Source: an uncultured Chloroflexia bacterium (lineage in GTDB: Bacteria; Chloroflexota; Limnocylindria; Limnocylindrales; CSP1-4). From it: 64,000 nucleotides of DNA. The notes under the pieces were generated by a model that saw nothing but the letters and a program-made list of their open reading frames with translations, searched no databases and was not told where the DNA came from. The stretch is from the NCBI GenBank assembly GCA_963745295.1, contig CAVUWG010000001.1:131286-195285 (forward strand). Direction: 5' to 3'. The position numbers were made by a program, and so were the translations under genes. Positions 50,372-59,936 of this stretch are shown here, piece by piece; position 1 is the stretch's first letter, and each line of letters starts with the position of its first letter.

Positions 50372-51432
50372 ATGCCGATCAGCCTCCTGCGCCTCGTCGG
50401 ACTGGTCTTCGCCATCGTGCTCGTGCTGGTGGCGATCGGGCGGCTCCGACGCCGCGGCGCCGGCAGCCGCGTCCCGGCGACCGGACTGCTCGCCGTCGGG
50501 CTCGGCCTCTTCGCGGTCGCGCTGTTCCCGGACCTGGTCCGTCCCATCCAGGACGTGCTCGGCCTGGCGGGCGAGCCGCTCGGGCGACTGGTCACCGTCC
50601 TCGTCGATCTCGGTCGTCGATCGCCTATGTCCTGCTGTTCTACGCCCTGGGCCGAGCCGATCGCGCCAACCAGCGGGTCAGCCGGCTCGTGCGGGCGCTG
50701 TCGGCCGCCCAGCTCGAGGCCGCCCGAGGCGAGACGATGGGGCGGCGTCCTCGTCTGCATCCCGGCGCTCGACGAGGCCGAGAGCCTGCCGGCCGTCCTC
50801 GCCGAGGTCCCGGCGGAGGTCGCCGGCCTCGTCGACCCACGTCCTGGTCATCGACGACGGCTCGCGCGACGGGACGGCCGACGTCGCCCGGGCGAAGGGC
50901 GCCCACGTCGTCAGCCACCCGGTCAACAGCGGCCAGGGCGCCGCGCTCCAGACCGGCTACCTGGTCGCCGAGCGGCTCGGCGTCGAGGTCGTCGTGACGC
51001 TCGACGCCGACGGCCAGCACGATCCGGCGCAGATGGAGCGCCTGGTCGAGCCGATCGTCCGCGACGAGGCGGACTTCGTGGTCGGCTCGCGACGGATGGC
51101 GCGAGGGCGAGAGCGCGGACGCGTCGAAGGCGCGCGACGCCGGGATCACGGTCTACACGCGGCTCATCAACCTGCATCGGCGGCACCGAGGTCAGCGACA
51201 TCGCCAACGGCTACCGCGCGATCCGGGCCTCGCGCCTGGCCGAGATCGCGTTCACCGAGGACCAGTTCCACAACCCGGAGCTGCTGCTGGGCGCGGCGCG
51301 CGCCGGCCTGCGGGTCGTCGACGTGCCGGTCACCATCCGCCGCCGGACGGCCGGCGATCATCGAAGAAGGGCACCGACCTGCGCTACGGGCTCGGGTTCC
51401 TGCGGGTGATGCTCAAGACCTGGCTGCGCTGA
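50372..51432 (+). pseudogene. DUF2304-like membrane segment followed by a family-2 glycosyltransferase (polyprenyl-phosphate sugar synthase-like), about six frameshifts
   Basis: The pieces are MPISLLRLVGLVFAIVLVLVAIGRL... (frame of 50372) and ...IAYVLLFYALGRADRANQRVSRLVRAL (frame of 50689). Then come VLVCIPALDEAESLPAVL (50372 frame) and VLVIDDGSRDGT...TLDADGQHDP (frame of 50994). The last three are ...GITVYTRLINL, IGGTEVSDIANGYRAIRASRL and SKKGTDLRYGLGFLRVMLKTWLR (stop 51430-51432). The breaks lie near 50610, 50740, 50830, 51100, 51173 and 51357. Whether DUF2304 and GT2 are one gene or two is unresolved. Confidence 0.6.
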
Positions 51433-51434
51433 AC

Positions 51435-52569
51435 GTGGCCGGACCAGCCGCCATCGCCCGGACACAGGAGGTGCCCGAGGCCCCGATCCCATTCCACCTC
51501 CCGGCGATGCCAGACGTTGAGGCGTTCCTCGAGGACGCACGGGCGATCGTGCGATCCGGGCGCTTGAGCGAAGGGCCCTACGTCCATCGTCTCGAGGAGC
51601 GCCTGGGATCGTGGCTCGGCGACCGTCCGGTCGTCGCGGTGTCGAACGCATCGGACGGTCTCGTCGCGGCCCTCGTCGTCCTCGCCAGGCCCGGCTGCGA
51701 GGTCATCATCCCGGGCTTCACGTTCTATGCCACGTGGCAGGCGGTCGTCTGGGCCGGGATGACGCCGGTCATCGTGGACGTCACCGACGACGGCCTGATC
51801 GATCCCGACGCTGTCGCGGCGGCCATCACGCCCCAGACCGGGGCGATCCTGGCGGTGCACCTTACTGGTTCACTTGCACCGATGCGACCTCTGCGGATGC
51901 TCGCCGACCGAAATGGCCTCGCCCTGATCGCTGACGCCGCCCACGCGATCGGGGCCCGCGACGGCGATCTCGCTACTGGTTCGATGGGCGATGCGGAGGT
52001 CGTCAGCATCGGTGCGACCAAGCAGGTCGCTGCGGGTGAAGGCGGCGCCGTCACCGTCCGCGACCCGGACAAGGTCTCCGGCATGCGGCGCTTCAAGCTC
52101 CAAGGTCGGCAAGCCGGCGCGATGGACGTCCTGGGAGCGGGGATGAACCTGCGCCTCGCGGAGCTCACCGCGGCGCTCGCCCTTCGCCAGCTCGACGGCC
52201 TCAGCGAGCAACTCGCGCGTCGTCGAGCGATCCACGAGCGCTACGCGACGGCCGTCGCGGACCTGCCGCTCAGGCTGTCCGGCACCCGATCCGGGACGAC
52301 TTCAGCGCATAAGGATCAGCTCGTCTGGCCGGACGACCCCGCCGACCGGGCGCGCCTGCGACGAGCGCTCGCCGAGGCCGGGATCGAGACCAAGCGCTAC
52401 TACGAGGTCGCGATCCCGGACCTCACGGCATTCTCGGGTCGGGTCGAATTCGGCGGACCGCAGCCGCGCGCTCGCCGCGCGCTCGTTCGCGATCCCGATC
52501 CACGCGCGACTGGAGGACGACGACGTCGAGCGGGTCATCACGGCCATCGTCGGCTTCTACCGGAACTAG
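51435..52569 (+). pseudogene. DegT/DnrJ/EryC1/StrS-family sugar aminotransferase, one frameshift near the 3' end
   Basis: This lies inside ORF 50994..53600 (start GTG 51435 or 51471), with ...IPFHLPAMPDVEAFLEDARAIVRSGRLSEGPYV.... The true C-terminus RSRALAARSFAIPIHARLEDDDVERVITAIVGFYRN* is in another frame (TAG 52567-52569). The break lies at about 52452-52462. Confidence 0.7.
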
Positions 52570-52574
52570 TCGCG

Positions 52575-53600
52575 GTGACCGTTCGCCTGGGACTGGCGCG
52601 TCGCGACCCGGACCCGCACACGGAGTCGCTGCTCGAGGCCATCGCACTGGCGGCGGAGTCGATCAACGTGCGCCCTGCGTGGCTGCGAAGGACCGAGGAC
52701 CAGGCTGAGTTCGACTTGGTTCTCGCCGTGGGAACCCCGCGCTACTACCCGTGGCTTCTCGACTCGCCTCCTGCCTCGACACGGATCTCGTGGTTCGGGG
52801 AGCCGCTGCCTCGAGGCTCGAAAGCCACTGCCCGATTCGGATACCGGCCGGGCCTAGGTCGGTCCGGGGGCATCAGCGGATCTCTCCTTCGAGCCACGAG
52901 ACGCGTGGCCGGACCCCTGAAGTGGACGCCCCTGCCTGGCCAGCTTGGCGCATGGCGGGAGGCCGCTGCCATCGAGCAGGAGCGTGTCGACAATCTGGCG
53001 CTGACCGCGAGATGCAGCAGTCGCGGAACACGCATCGTCGTGACGTCGTTCGATCGCGGCGCGGCCCTCGCGGCGGCCGGGATCCCGGCGTCGGTCGTGC
53101 CCTTCGGCTATCACGCCCGCCACGCTGGTCCGTTGACGCCACCCGACAGTGCACGGGACATCGAGGTCGTCATCATCGGTTCCGGGATGACCTCGACACG
53201 CCGTCGGCGCGGTCGCATCCTGTCCGCATTGCGTCCCGGGCTCGGACGCCTCGGACTCGTCGTCGAGATCGACGGCCGGTGGGGCGACGAACGCGACGCG
53301 ATCCTGCGTCGCGCGCGGGTCGTTCTGGATATCCAGAGGGTGCCGGGAAACTTCACGGGCTTGCGATGGCTTCTGGCGTCCGCGGCTGGGGCAGCGTACG
53401 TCGTCGAACCGATCGACGACCCCTCTCCGTTTCGAGTCGGCATCGACCATGTCGAGGCTCCGACCGAGTCATTGATCGACGAGGTCGCGCGACTGCTCGA
53501 GGATGAGCCACGTCGGCGATCGATCGCCGAGGAAGCGCAGCAACTGTTACGAGGTGACCTGGCGATGCATCGATCACTCGAGCGTGTCCTCGCCGGATGA
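52575..53600 (+). CDS. hypothetical protein, glycosyltransferase-like (GT-B C-terminal-half-like)
   Basis: This is the tail of ORF 50994..53600 from GTG 52575. The C-terminal half resembles Glyco_trans_1-type domains (IEVVIIGSG...RARVVLDIQR...AAGAAYVVEP). Confidence 0.45.
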   Translation: MTVRLGLARRDPDPHTESLLEAIALAAESINVRPAWLRRTEDQAEFDLVLAVGTPRYYPWLLDSPPASTRISWFGEPLPRGSKATARFGYRPGLGRSGGISGSLLRATRRVAGPLKWTPLPGQLGAWREAAAIEQERVDNLALTARCSSRGTRIVVTSFDRGAALAAAGIPASVVPFGYHARHAGPLTPPDSARDIEVVIIGSGMTSTRRRRGRILSALRPGLGRLGLVVEIDGRWGDERDAILRRARVVLDIQRVPGNFTGLRWLLASAAGAAYVVEPIDDPSPFRVGIDHVEAPTESLIDEVARLLEDEPRRRSIAEEAQQLLRGDLAMHRSLERVLAG

Positions 53601-54229
53601 GTACACAGCGACCACGGCTGATCCTCGCCGGGGCTGGGCGATTCGCGGAGGAGATCACGGATATCGCGGCGGACGCAGGGCTGGATGTCGCCGCCTGGAT
53701 CGAAGGGCTCGATCCGGAACGGGCCGACCCTGGGCATCAGCCCCCGATCGTCTGGGTAGCAGACCAAAGGTCGTTCGCCCCCGGAACGCCCGTCGTGCCG
53801 GCGATCGGTTCGCCACGACGTCGAGCGCTGATCGAACGGCTCGTGTCAGAGGGGCGAGAGCTGGCGACGCTCATCCATCCGTCGGCGGTCGTGGCGCGTT
53901 CCGCGAGCATCGGTCCTGGCTGTGTGCTGTTCGCCGGCGTCATCGTCGGGGCTCGGACCACGATCGGCCTCGGAACCATCATCAACCGCGGCGCTCTCAT
54001 CGGTCATCACACCGCCATCGGCTCGCATGTCTTCGTGGGTCCTGGGGCGAACATCGCGGGCGGCGTGACCATCGGCGACGAGTCGTACATCGCGATGGCT
54101 GCGGTCGTCCGCGACGATCGAACGGTCGGCGCTCGAGCGACGGTCGGAGCCGGAGCCGTCGTGGTCGGTGACGTTCCGGCAGACACGACCGTGGTCGGGC
54201 TTCCGGCCCGCCCTCTGGCTCTCACGTGA
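53597..54229 (+). CDS. NeuD/PglB/VioB-family hexapeptide-repeat sugar N/O-acetyltransferase
   Basis: ORF 53597..54229 (ATGA overlap) has an N-terminal Rossmann-like domain and a C-terminal left-handed beta-helix (GPGCVLFAGVIVGARTTIGLGTIINRGALIGHHTAIGSHVFVGPGANIAGGVTIG). Confidence 0.8.
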   Translation: MSTQRPRLILAGAGRFAEEITDIAADAGLDVAAWIEGLDPERADPGHQPPIVWVADQRSFAPGTPVVPAIGSPRRRALIERLVSEGRELATLIHPSAVVARSASIGPGCVLFAGVIVGARTTIGLGTIINRGALIGHHTAIGSHVFVGPGANIAGGVTIGDESYIAMAAVVRDDRTVGARATVGAGAVVVGDVPADTTVVGLPARPLALT

Positions 54230-54267
54230 TCGGCGGCTCTTGAAGTCGGGATCGTGGAACCCCAGCC

Positions 54268-55839
54268 TACTGATGACCCGTCCCGTGCGGGTCGGGCCGG
54301 TCAGGATCGTCGCCCTGGGTCAGCAATGCGCAGATCCGCTCTGCAGACCGCCCGTCGACGGGTCCCGTGACCGATTTCGAGGGTCGCCCGACGCCGACCG
54401 AAGTAGTCGGCACGCCGATCGGGTTCGAGGAGTTCTCTCGCTAGCGTCGCGAGCGCGGCTCCGTCGGCCACCCGTGGCAGCGCCAGCCCGAGCAGGTCGA
54501 GGTCGGCGATCGACCTTCCATCAAGATCAGCCGCAACGACCGGCGTTCCCGCAGCGAGGGCCTCGACCGCCACGGACGACCGATGGACGAGCACGAGATC
54601 GGCCCACCAGAGCAACGGGTCGATGGGCTCGCGATCGACCACGCGAACGCGGGCCTTGCTGTCACCGAGCCCATTCACGATCTCCTCGATGCGGGACCAG
54701 TCGCCGCCACCGGGATGGAGCTTGATCACGAGTGATGAATCGGCTAGCAGCCGTGTCGATTCGATCGCGATGCGCACGAGCGCCTCACTCGTCTCTGCCG
54801 ACGACCCACTCAGCGCCACGAGCAAACGGGGCCGACCGTCGAGGGACAACCGCTCTGACACGCTGGCACGGATCGCCGTTCGATCGGTCCGGACGGTCCG
54901 ATCGAGCCTCGGATTCCCGGTGACAGCAAGCCGATCCGGTTCGGTCCCGCCGGCGATGAACCAGTCACGCGACGCCTCGCTCCAGGTCGCGACCGTGTCG
55001 GCAACGACCGGGAGGAAGCCGAGCGTGTCCTGGGGAAGCCCATGCTGGAGGACGATGAGGCGCCAAGTCGCCGTCTTCCGGATCGTCGCCGCAAGCCGGC
55101 CGATCCGATGCTGGTCAGAAGCGACGACGACATGCCTCGGCTCGACCGTCGCCAGGACTCGCTCGATGGCTCGGCGCTCGACCGCCAGCCACGGAACCGA
55201 TTTCAGGACGAGCGGCCTGAGCGCTGCGAGGATCTCGGAGGTGACGTCACGCCCTCGGAATGACACCGAAGGCGGGCTGGCGGCGAATGCTTCCCAGACA
55301 CGCTTGGCTGAGCCGGAGGCTTCCGCGAGGAGCCGTCGTTCCTCGCGCATGGCGAGGAGCAGGGGGATCGGGGTCTGACCCTCGCGACGCCAGGCACGAT
55401 GCGCGCGCGGGTCGGAGGTGGCGACCCGATAGGCGTCGGATGGGAGGGACCGGGCGACGATCATCGACGGTTCGAGCGTGGACGGCGTCGCGAGCTCCGA
55501 GAGGAACAGCACCGGTGCCTGGGCCACGACGAGCGGCCGCGGCCGAGATCCCGTTGATCGCCCCAACGGCCACCCGCCGACGGTTCCGCGGAGGGCCCAG
55601 GTGCGAAGCGACCGATCGAGCCCTCTCCGTTTCATCGCCCGGTAGAGCGTTCGTCCCGGCGGGTCGGATTCGCCGCCGTTTCGGCGGGAGACATCGAGGA
55701 TCGCGTCGAATGCCTCGACGAGGATCGTCGGCCCGGTCTCGATGCCGTCGATGGCGAGCCGATCGCGACCTGCGTGGTCGAGATTCCAGGACCGAGCGAC
55801 CCGATCGGCCCACGTGTAGGCCGATTCGATCTCAGACAT
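54268..55839 (-). pseudogene. GT-B-fold glycosyltransferase-like / capsule-biosynthesis-like protein (candidate nonulosonic-acid transferase), one frameshift near the 3' end
   Basis: ORF 54301..56163. The likely start is ATG 55839 (MSEIESAYTW...). The C-terminal half is GT-B-like (LVLVHRSSVAVEALAAGTPVV). The last ~35 aa read better in another frame (VDGRSAERICALLTQGDDP..., stop 54268-54270). The break lies at about 54355-54365. Confidence 0.5.
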
Positions 55840-56935
55840 GCTGCGTGGCCGGCTGGAGATCTCCCCTTCGTGGGGCGACCGGTTCGAGTCCGACGAGCAA
55901 GTAGTATGGGGCGCTGTCCGATCTTGGCCACAGGTCCGAAGGCCCGATCGATTCACGCACCACATCGAGGCGGACGTCCGCTTGACAACGCTCACTGACA
56001 TCGTCGCCGTTCCGGAGGCGACGTCTTGCCCTGCGTGCGGCGGGGACCAGGTCTCCGTTTCGGTGTTGGGCGAACGCCGGTTCCCGATCGGACGTTGTAC
56101 GGCATGCGGGCTGCGCTGGCTCCTCGACCCCATCTCTGAAGGCGAGCTTGCCGCGCTGTACACGACGGGCTTCTATGAGCCGAAGCGCGCTCGCGGTGGC
56201 GCGCTGATCGACAGCCTCCATCGAATGAACAATGCGGTACGTCTCCGGGAGTTGTCGGGGTTGCGTCCTGGACGCTTGCTCGATGTCGGCTGCGGAAAGG
56301 GCCGATTCCTGGCAGCAGCTCGTGCGGCCGGGTGGGATGTCGCAGGCGTCGAGTTCGCTCCCGCTTCCGCCGAGGCTGCTCGCGCCGCGTACGGGATCGA
56401 CGTCGCCGTCGGGGACTTCGTGTCCTTGCCACTCGAGCCTGACTACGATGTGATCACGATGTGGCATGTGCTTGAGCACCTGCCGGATCCATTCGCTGCC
56501 GTTCGTCATGCCGCGGAACTGCTCCGACCCGGCGGGCGCCTCGTCATCTCCGTCCCGAACATCGCGAGCCTGCAGGCTCGAATCGGCGGAGATCGGTGGT
56601 TCCACCTCGATCTGCCGCGACATCGCATGCATTTCACTCCGCGGTCCCTGTCGGCGCTGGTCACCAGGTCCGGCATGAAGGTCGACAGGATCGGTCATTT
56701 CTATCCGGAGATGGAGGCGATCGGCCTCGTGCAGTCGATCCTGAACAAGACTGGCACCGAGACCGACCTCCTGTACCGCTTCGCGAAGCGCGATCCGAGC
56801 GCAGCGTTCGGGCCGCCGGTCGCCGCCTCGCTTGCCGTGGCCGTGGTCGTCGCACCGGCAGCGATCACGTGGACACTCGTGGCGCCGATGCTTCGCACCG
56901 GCGCGAGCATCCAGCTCGTCGCACACCGGCCGTGA
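55838..56935 (+). CDS. class I SAM-dependent methyltransferase with an N-terminal Cys4 zinc-ribbon
   Basis: ORF 55838..56935 carries CPACGG...CTACG, then the SAM motif LLDVGCGKGRF and MWHVLEHLPDP. The start codon is uncertain; the first ~45 codons may not be translated. Confidence 0.75.
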   Translation: MLRGRLEISPSWGDRFESDEQVVWGAVRSWPQVRRPDRFTHHIEADVRLTTLTDIVAVPEATSCPACGGDQVSVSVLGERRFPIGRCTACGLRWLLDPISEGELAALYTTGFYEPKRARGGALIDSLHRMNNAVRLRELSGLRPGRLLDVGCGKGRFLAAARAAGWDVAGVEFAPASAEAARAAYGIDVAVGDFVSLPLEPDYDVITMWHVLEHLPDPFAAVRHAAELLRPGGRLVISVPNIASLQARIGGDRWFHLDLPRHRMHFTPRSLSALVTRSGMKVDRIGHFYPEMEAIGLVQSILNKTGTETDLLYRFAKRDPSAAFGPPVAASLAVAVVVAPAAITWTLVAPMLRTGASIQLVAHRP

Positions 56936-56955
56936 CGGATCCGGTCAACGGGTCG

Positions 56956-58350
56956 TCAACCGACGGGGACCGGGGCCGGATCCGCATCGCTGGGTTGCTG
57001 TGACGCCCAGCCATATGTGGCGGCGACCGCGATCAAGAGCCAGCCGACGAGGCCCATCCGGACGTTGAAGAGGTTCGAATTCGTCAGGTCCGCGACCGCA
57101 TAGGCGAACGCCGCAGCCGAAATGGCGGCGACAGTCACGTCGATCGCGGGCCACGAGGACGGCCGGCGCGCCCCCAGGAGGACGATCGTCAGCGACGCGG
57201 CGAGCAGGATCAGATAGCCGATCGCCAGAGGCAACCCATACTCCGCCGCCGCTTGCAGGTAGGCGTTGTGGACATCGGCGACCAGGGGCTCGAACTGGGC
57301 GTGCCGATACCGCTGGACGTTCCATTGATACGGGCCAACCCCGGTCAGCGGGTTCTCCTGGGCCATCTGTATCGCCAGGCTCCAGAACTCCGCCCGAGAC
57401 CGGATCTCCGAGTAGACCGGCATGGAGCCTGGGTCCATGACGCCTTCGAGCGCTGCGCCGGGGGTCGTGAAGATCGACACCGTCCGGCTCCCCTCGGCGG
57501 TCAGCAACGTTGCTGAGCCGACGATCGCGACGGTGATGCCGAGGATCGCTCCGACTCGTGCGATACCGGCACGCGATCGCCACCCCCGGTTCAGCAGCAG
57601 CATCAGCAGTGCCGCTCCCGCGAGTGCGACAAGTGACATGCGAGTCCCTGTCGCGACGGCTCCGAAGAGGGTGGCGGCGCTGATCATCGCTGCACCGACC
57701 ACGAGAGCCGTGTCCACCGGGGAGGCGCGACGGCGGCCCCATCGGCTAAAGACGATGCTTGCCGTGAGGATGGTCACCACGACCAGGGCGATCGCGAATG
57801 TGTTCCGGCCGAATGTGGTTGCCGTGAACCGATCCTGGTTGAAGATCGTGGACGTGTAGAGGCCGTTTGCGAGAAGGATCGCGCCGCCGCCCGCCGCCCC
57901 CAGGGCAAGACGGAACGCATCCCCTGCCGTCCGAATGAGCGAACCCGCGAGCCACAGGACCGCTGCGAGCCCGGCGAAGACCACCACCCCACGAACAGCC
58001 GCCCCAGGTTCGACGCCTCGCGAGATCGCCACAGCGGCCGACACGCCGGCCAGCCCGACCAGGATCGCGGCCAGGCCGACGAGGACACGGGGCGTCCTCA
58101 CCTCCCGACCCTCGCGGATCGTCAACAGGAGAGCCCAAACGAGGAGAAGATCGACGACCGAGACGACCGGTGCGGTGCTGTCGGCGATGTCGTTCGGATC
58201 GAGCCGCATCTGCGGAAGCAGATCGTCGAGGTTGCCGGGGATGGCAAGCAATGCGAAGAGGAGAGCTGGAAGGCGCCATTCTCGCGAGAGCATCAGCACG
58301 GCCAGCACGATGGCGAGGCCGATACCCGCGAGGAGGATCGCGTTCGTCAA
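56956..58350 (-). CDS. O-antigen ligase family (Wzy_C) membrane protein
   Basis: ORF 56956..58350 is intact. It has about 11 TM segments and the Wzy_C loop motif (VHNAYLQAAAEYGLPL). Confidence 0.75.
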   Translation of the reverse strand: MTNAILLAGIGLAIVLAVLMLSREWRLPALLFALLAIPGNLDDLLPQMRLDPNDIADSTAPVVSVVDLLLVWALLLTIREGREVRTPRVLVGLAAILVGLAGVSAAVAISRGVEPGAAVRGVVVFAGLAAVLWLAGSLIRTAGDAFRLALGAAGGGAILLANGLYTSTIFNQDRFTATTFGRNTFAIALVVVTILTASIVFSRWGRRRASPVDTALVVGAAMISAATLFGAVATGTRMSLVALAGAALLMLLLNRGWRSRAGIARVGAILGITVAIVGSATLLTAEGSRTVSIFTTPGAALEGVMDPGSMPVYSEIRSRAEFWSLAIQMAQENPLTGVGPYQWNVQRYRHAQFEPLVADVHNAYLQAAAEYGLPLAIGYLILLAASLTIVLLGARRPSSWPAIDVTVAAISAAAFAYAVADLTNSNLFNVRMGLVGWLLIAVAATYGWASQQPSDADPAPVPVG

Positions 58351-58438
58351 CGACGGACCTATGCTGCTGCCTGGGGCCTGAGGAGTAGCCGGAACCCGGC
58401 GTGGGCGGACGACGGCCAGTTTACGTCACGCTCGGTGA

Positions 58439-59758
58439 TCAGCCTCCAGACCATTCGCCAGACTCGGTGGTTGGCGGCGTCATCATCTTTCGGATCAAGA
58501 GACGTCCGCTCGCGAACAACAAGACGGCGTAGATGGTCATGCTGACGGTCAGGGCGATCGCAACGCCGACCAGCTCAAGTCCCGACATCAAGAGGGCAAC
58601 GGACAGGGCGACGTCGATGGCCAGGACCAACGCCTGGATCGCCAGGTAGCGGCGTTGTGCGCCGATCGTGTTGAGGAGATCGCCGAACGCGGCACCAAGC
58701 CCGTAGATACCCAGCCCGATCAGCGTGATCAGGAGCGGCACCACCGCCTCCTGGTACTCGGGAAGGAATCTCGGGATGCCGAGTGTCGCGACGATCGCGG
58801 CGGCCAGCGCCGCGATGCACACGAGTCCTCCGGAGATAAGGCTCTGGCGCGACGCGAGAGCCAGGAGGGCCTCGCCACCCCGTCCGGCACCGTAGGCGAA
58901 CGCGAGCCGTGGGTAGTACTGCTGGCTGACGATGCCCGGCAACAGGAGGAGTCCGCTCACGGTGATGCCCACGATCCCGTAGTAGCCGACCTGGACTCGA
59001 TCGAGATAGATCAGGATCAGCCACCGGTCGATCGTCGTCAGCAGACCGAAGAGCAGGCCCGCGAGCATGATCGGCAGGCCCACGTACACCAGGCGTCGTG
59101 CGATATCGGGATCCCACATCGGCCGCGGGATGCCACCAAGGAGCCGCGCCGCCATCGCGAGAGCGACGACATACACCACGACCTGTGAAACCGCCAGGCC
59201 GATCAGGCCGAACGTCAGGAGCGGCAAGCCGATGAGGATCGTCGCCCCGCCGAGGACCGCCATCTGTGCGGCCGCGCTACGGAACCGAAACCGGGACCGG
59301 AGCAGGACCTGCTGCAACAGGTAGAACTGTTGAAGCAAGACGGCCACGCTCAGTGCCAGGACCAGGCTCAGGTCGGCTGTCTCGGGCCCGAGGATGATCG
59401 GCCCGACCACGAGCGCAAGAAGGGCGGCCGCGAGCCCAAAGGCGCAGGTGGCCAGGAGGGTCACGCCTTCGACCCGGCGGGCCGCGTCAGGTTGCGATGC
59501 GCCCAGGAGGTATGGGATCTCCCGTCCGGCCCCGTTCGTGATGCCCAGCGACGCAAAGTTCGAATACAGCACGACGAGCACGAAGAGCGTCCAGACCCCG
59601 AACACCTCGGGGCCGAGCACCGCCGCGGCGACGAGGCTCAGGAGAAGCCGGGCGCCTTGATAGACGAGCGTGCCTGTGGCGAACGCGGCGAAGTCCCCGG
59701 AGCCCGGTCCGGCGAATCGGGATCGGAACCGTCGGCGATCCTCCGACCCCGCCATCAC
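58439..59758 (-). CDS. polysaccharide flippase (Wzx, MOP superfamily)
   Basis: ORF 58439..59758 is intact. It is a 439-aa polytopic protein with the typical polysaccharide-biosynthesis-protein pattern. Confidence 0.75.
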   Translation of the reverse strand: MMAGSEDRRRFRSRFAGPGSGDFAAFATGTLVYQGARLLLSLVAAAVLGPEVFGVWTLFVLVVLYSNFASLGITNGAGREIPYLLGASQPDAARRVEGVTLLATCAFGLAAALLALVVGPIILGPETADLSLVLALSVAVLLQQFYLLQQVLLRSRFRFRSAAAQMAVLGGATILIGLPLLTFGLIGLAVSQVVVYVVALAMAARLLGGIPRPMWDPDIARRLVYVGLPIMLAGLLFGLLTTIDRWLILIYLDRVQVGYYGIVGITVSGLLLLPGIVSQQYYPRLAFAYGAGRGGEALLALASRQSLISGGLVCIAALAAAIVATLGIPRFLPEYQEAVVPLLITLIGLGIYGLGAAFGDLLNTIGAQRRYLAIQALVLAIDVALSVALLMSGLELVGVAIALTVSMTIYAVLLFASGRLLIRKMMTPPTTESGEWSGG

Positions 59759-59936
59759 GCCGGCGCGTTGAGCAGTTGTCCGGGGCGGTCACCGGTTGGA
59801 GACGAACGGCGCATCAAGGGTGGCGAGCGAGCCCTCCTGAACCGGAGCCGGTTCGGCCAGCTCGGCAGCGATCGCATGCCGTACCGCCCGCCGATCGACC
59901 CTGAGTATATCGGCGGCACGGCGGGGATCACGGACT

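Noticed and set aside
50994-53600. An 868-aa ORF that looks like a giant multidomain protein (GT2 fragment + aminotransferase + GT-like).
   Set aside because: It is a read-through artefact. The GT2 stop (51430-51432) and the aminotransferase stop (52567-52569) lie in other frames because of indels. Separate start codons exist at 51435 and 52575.
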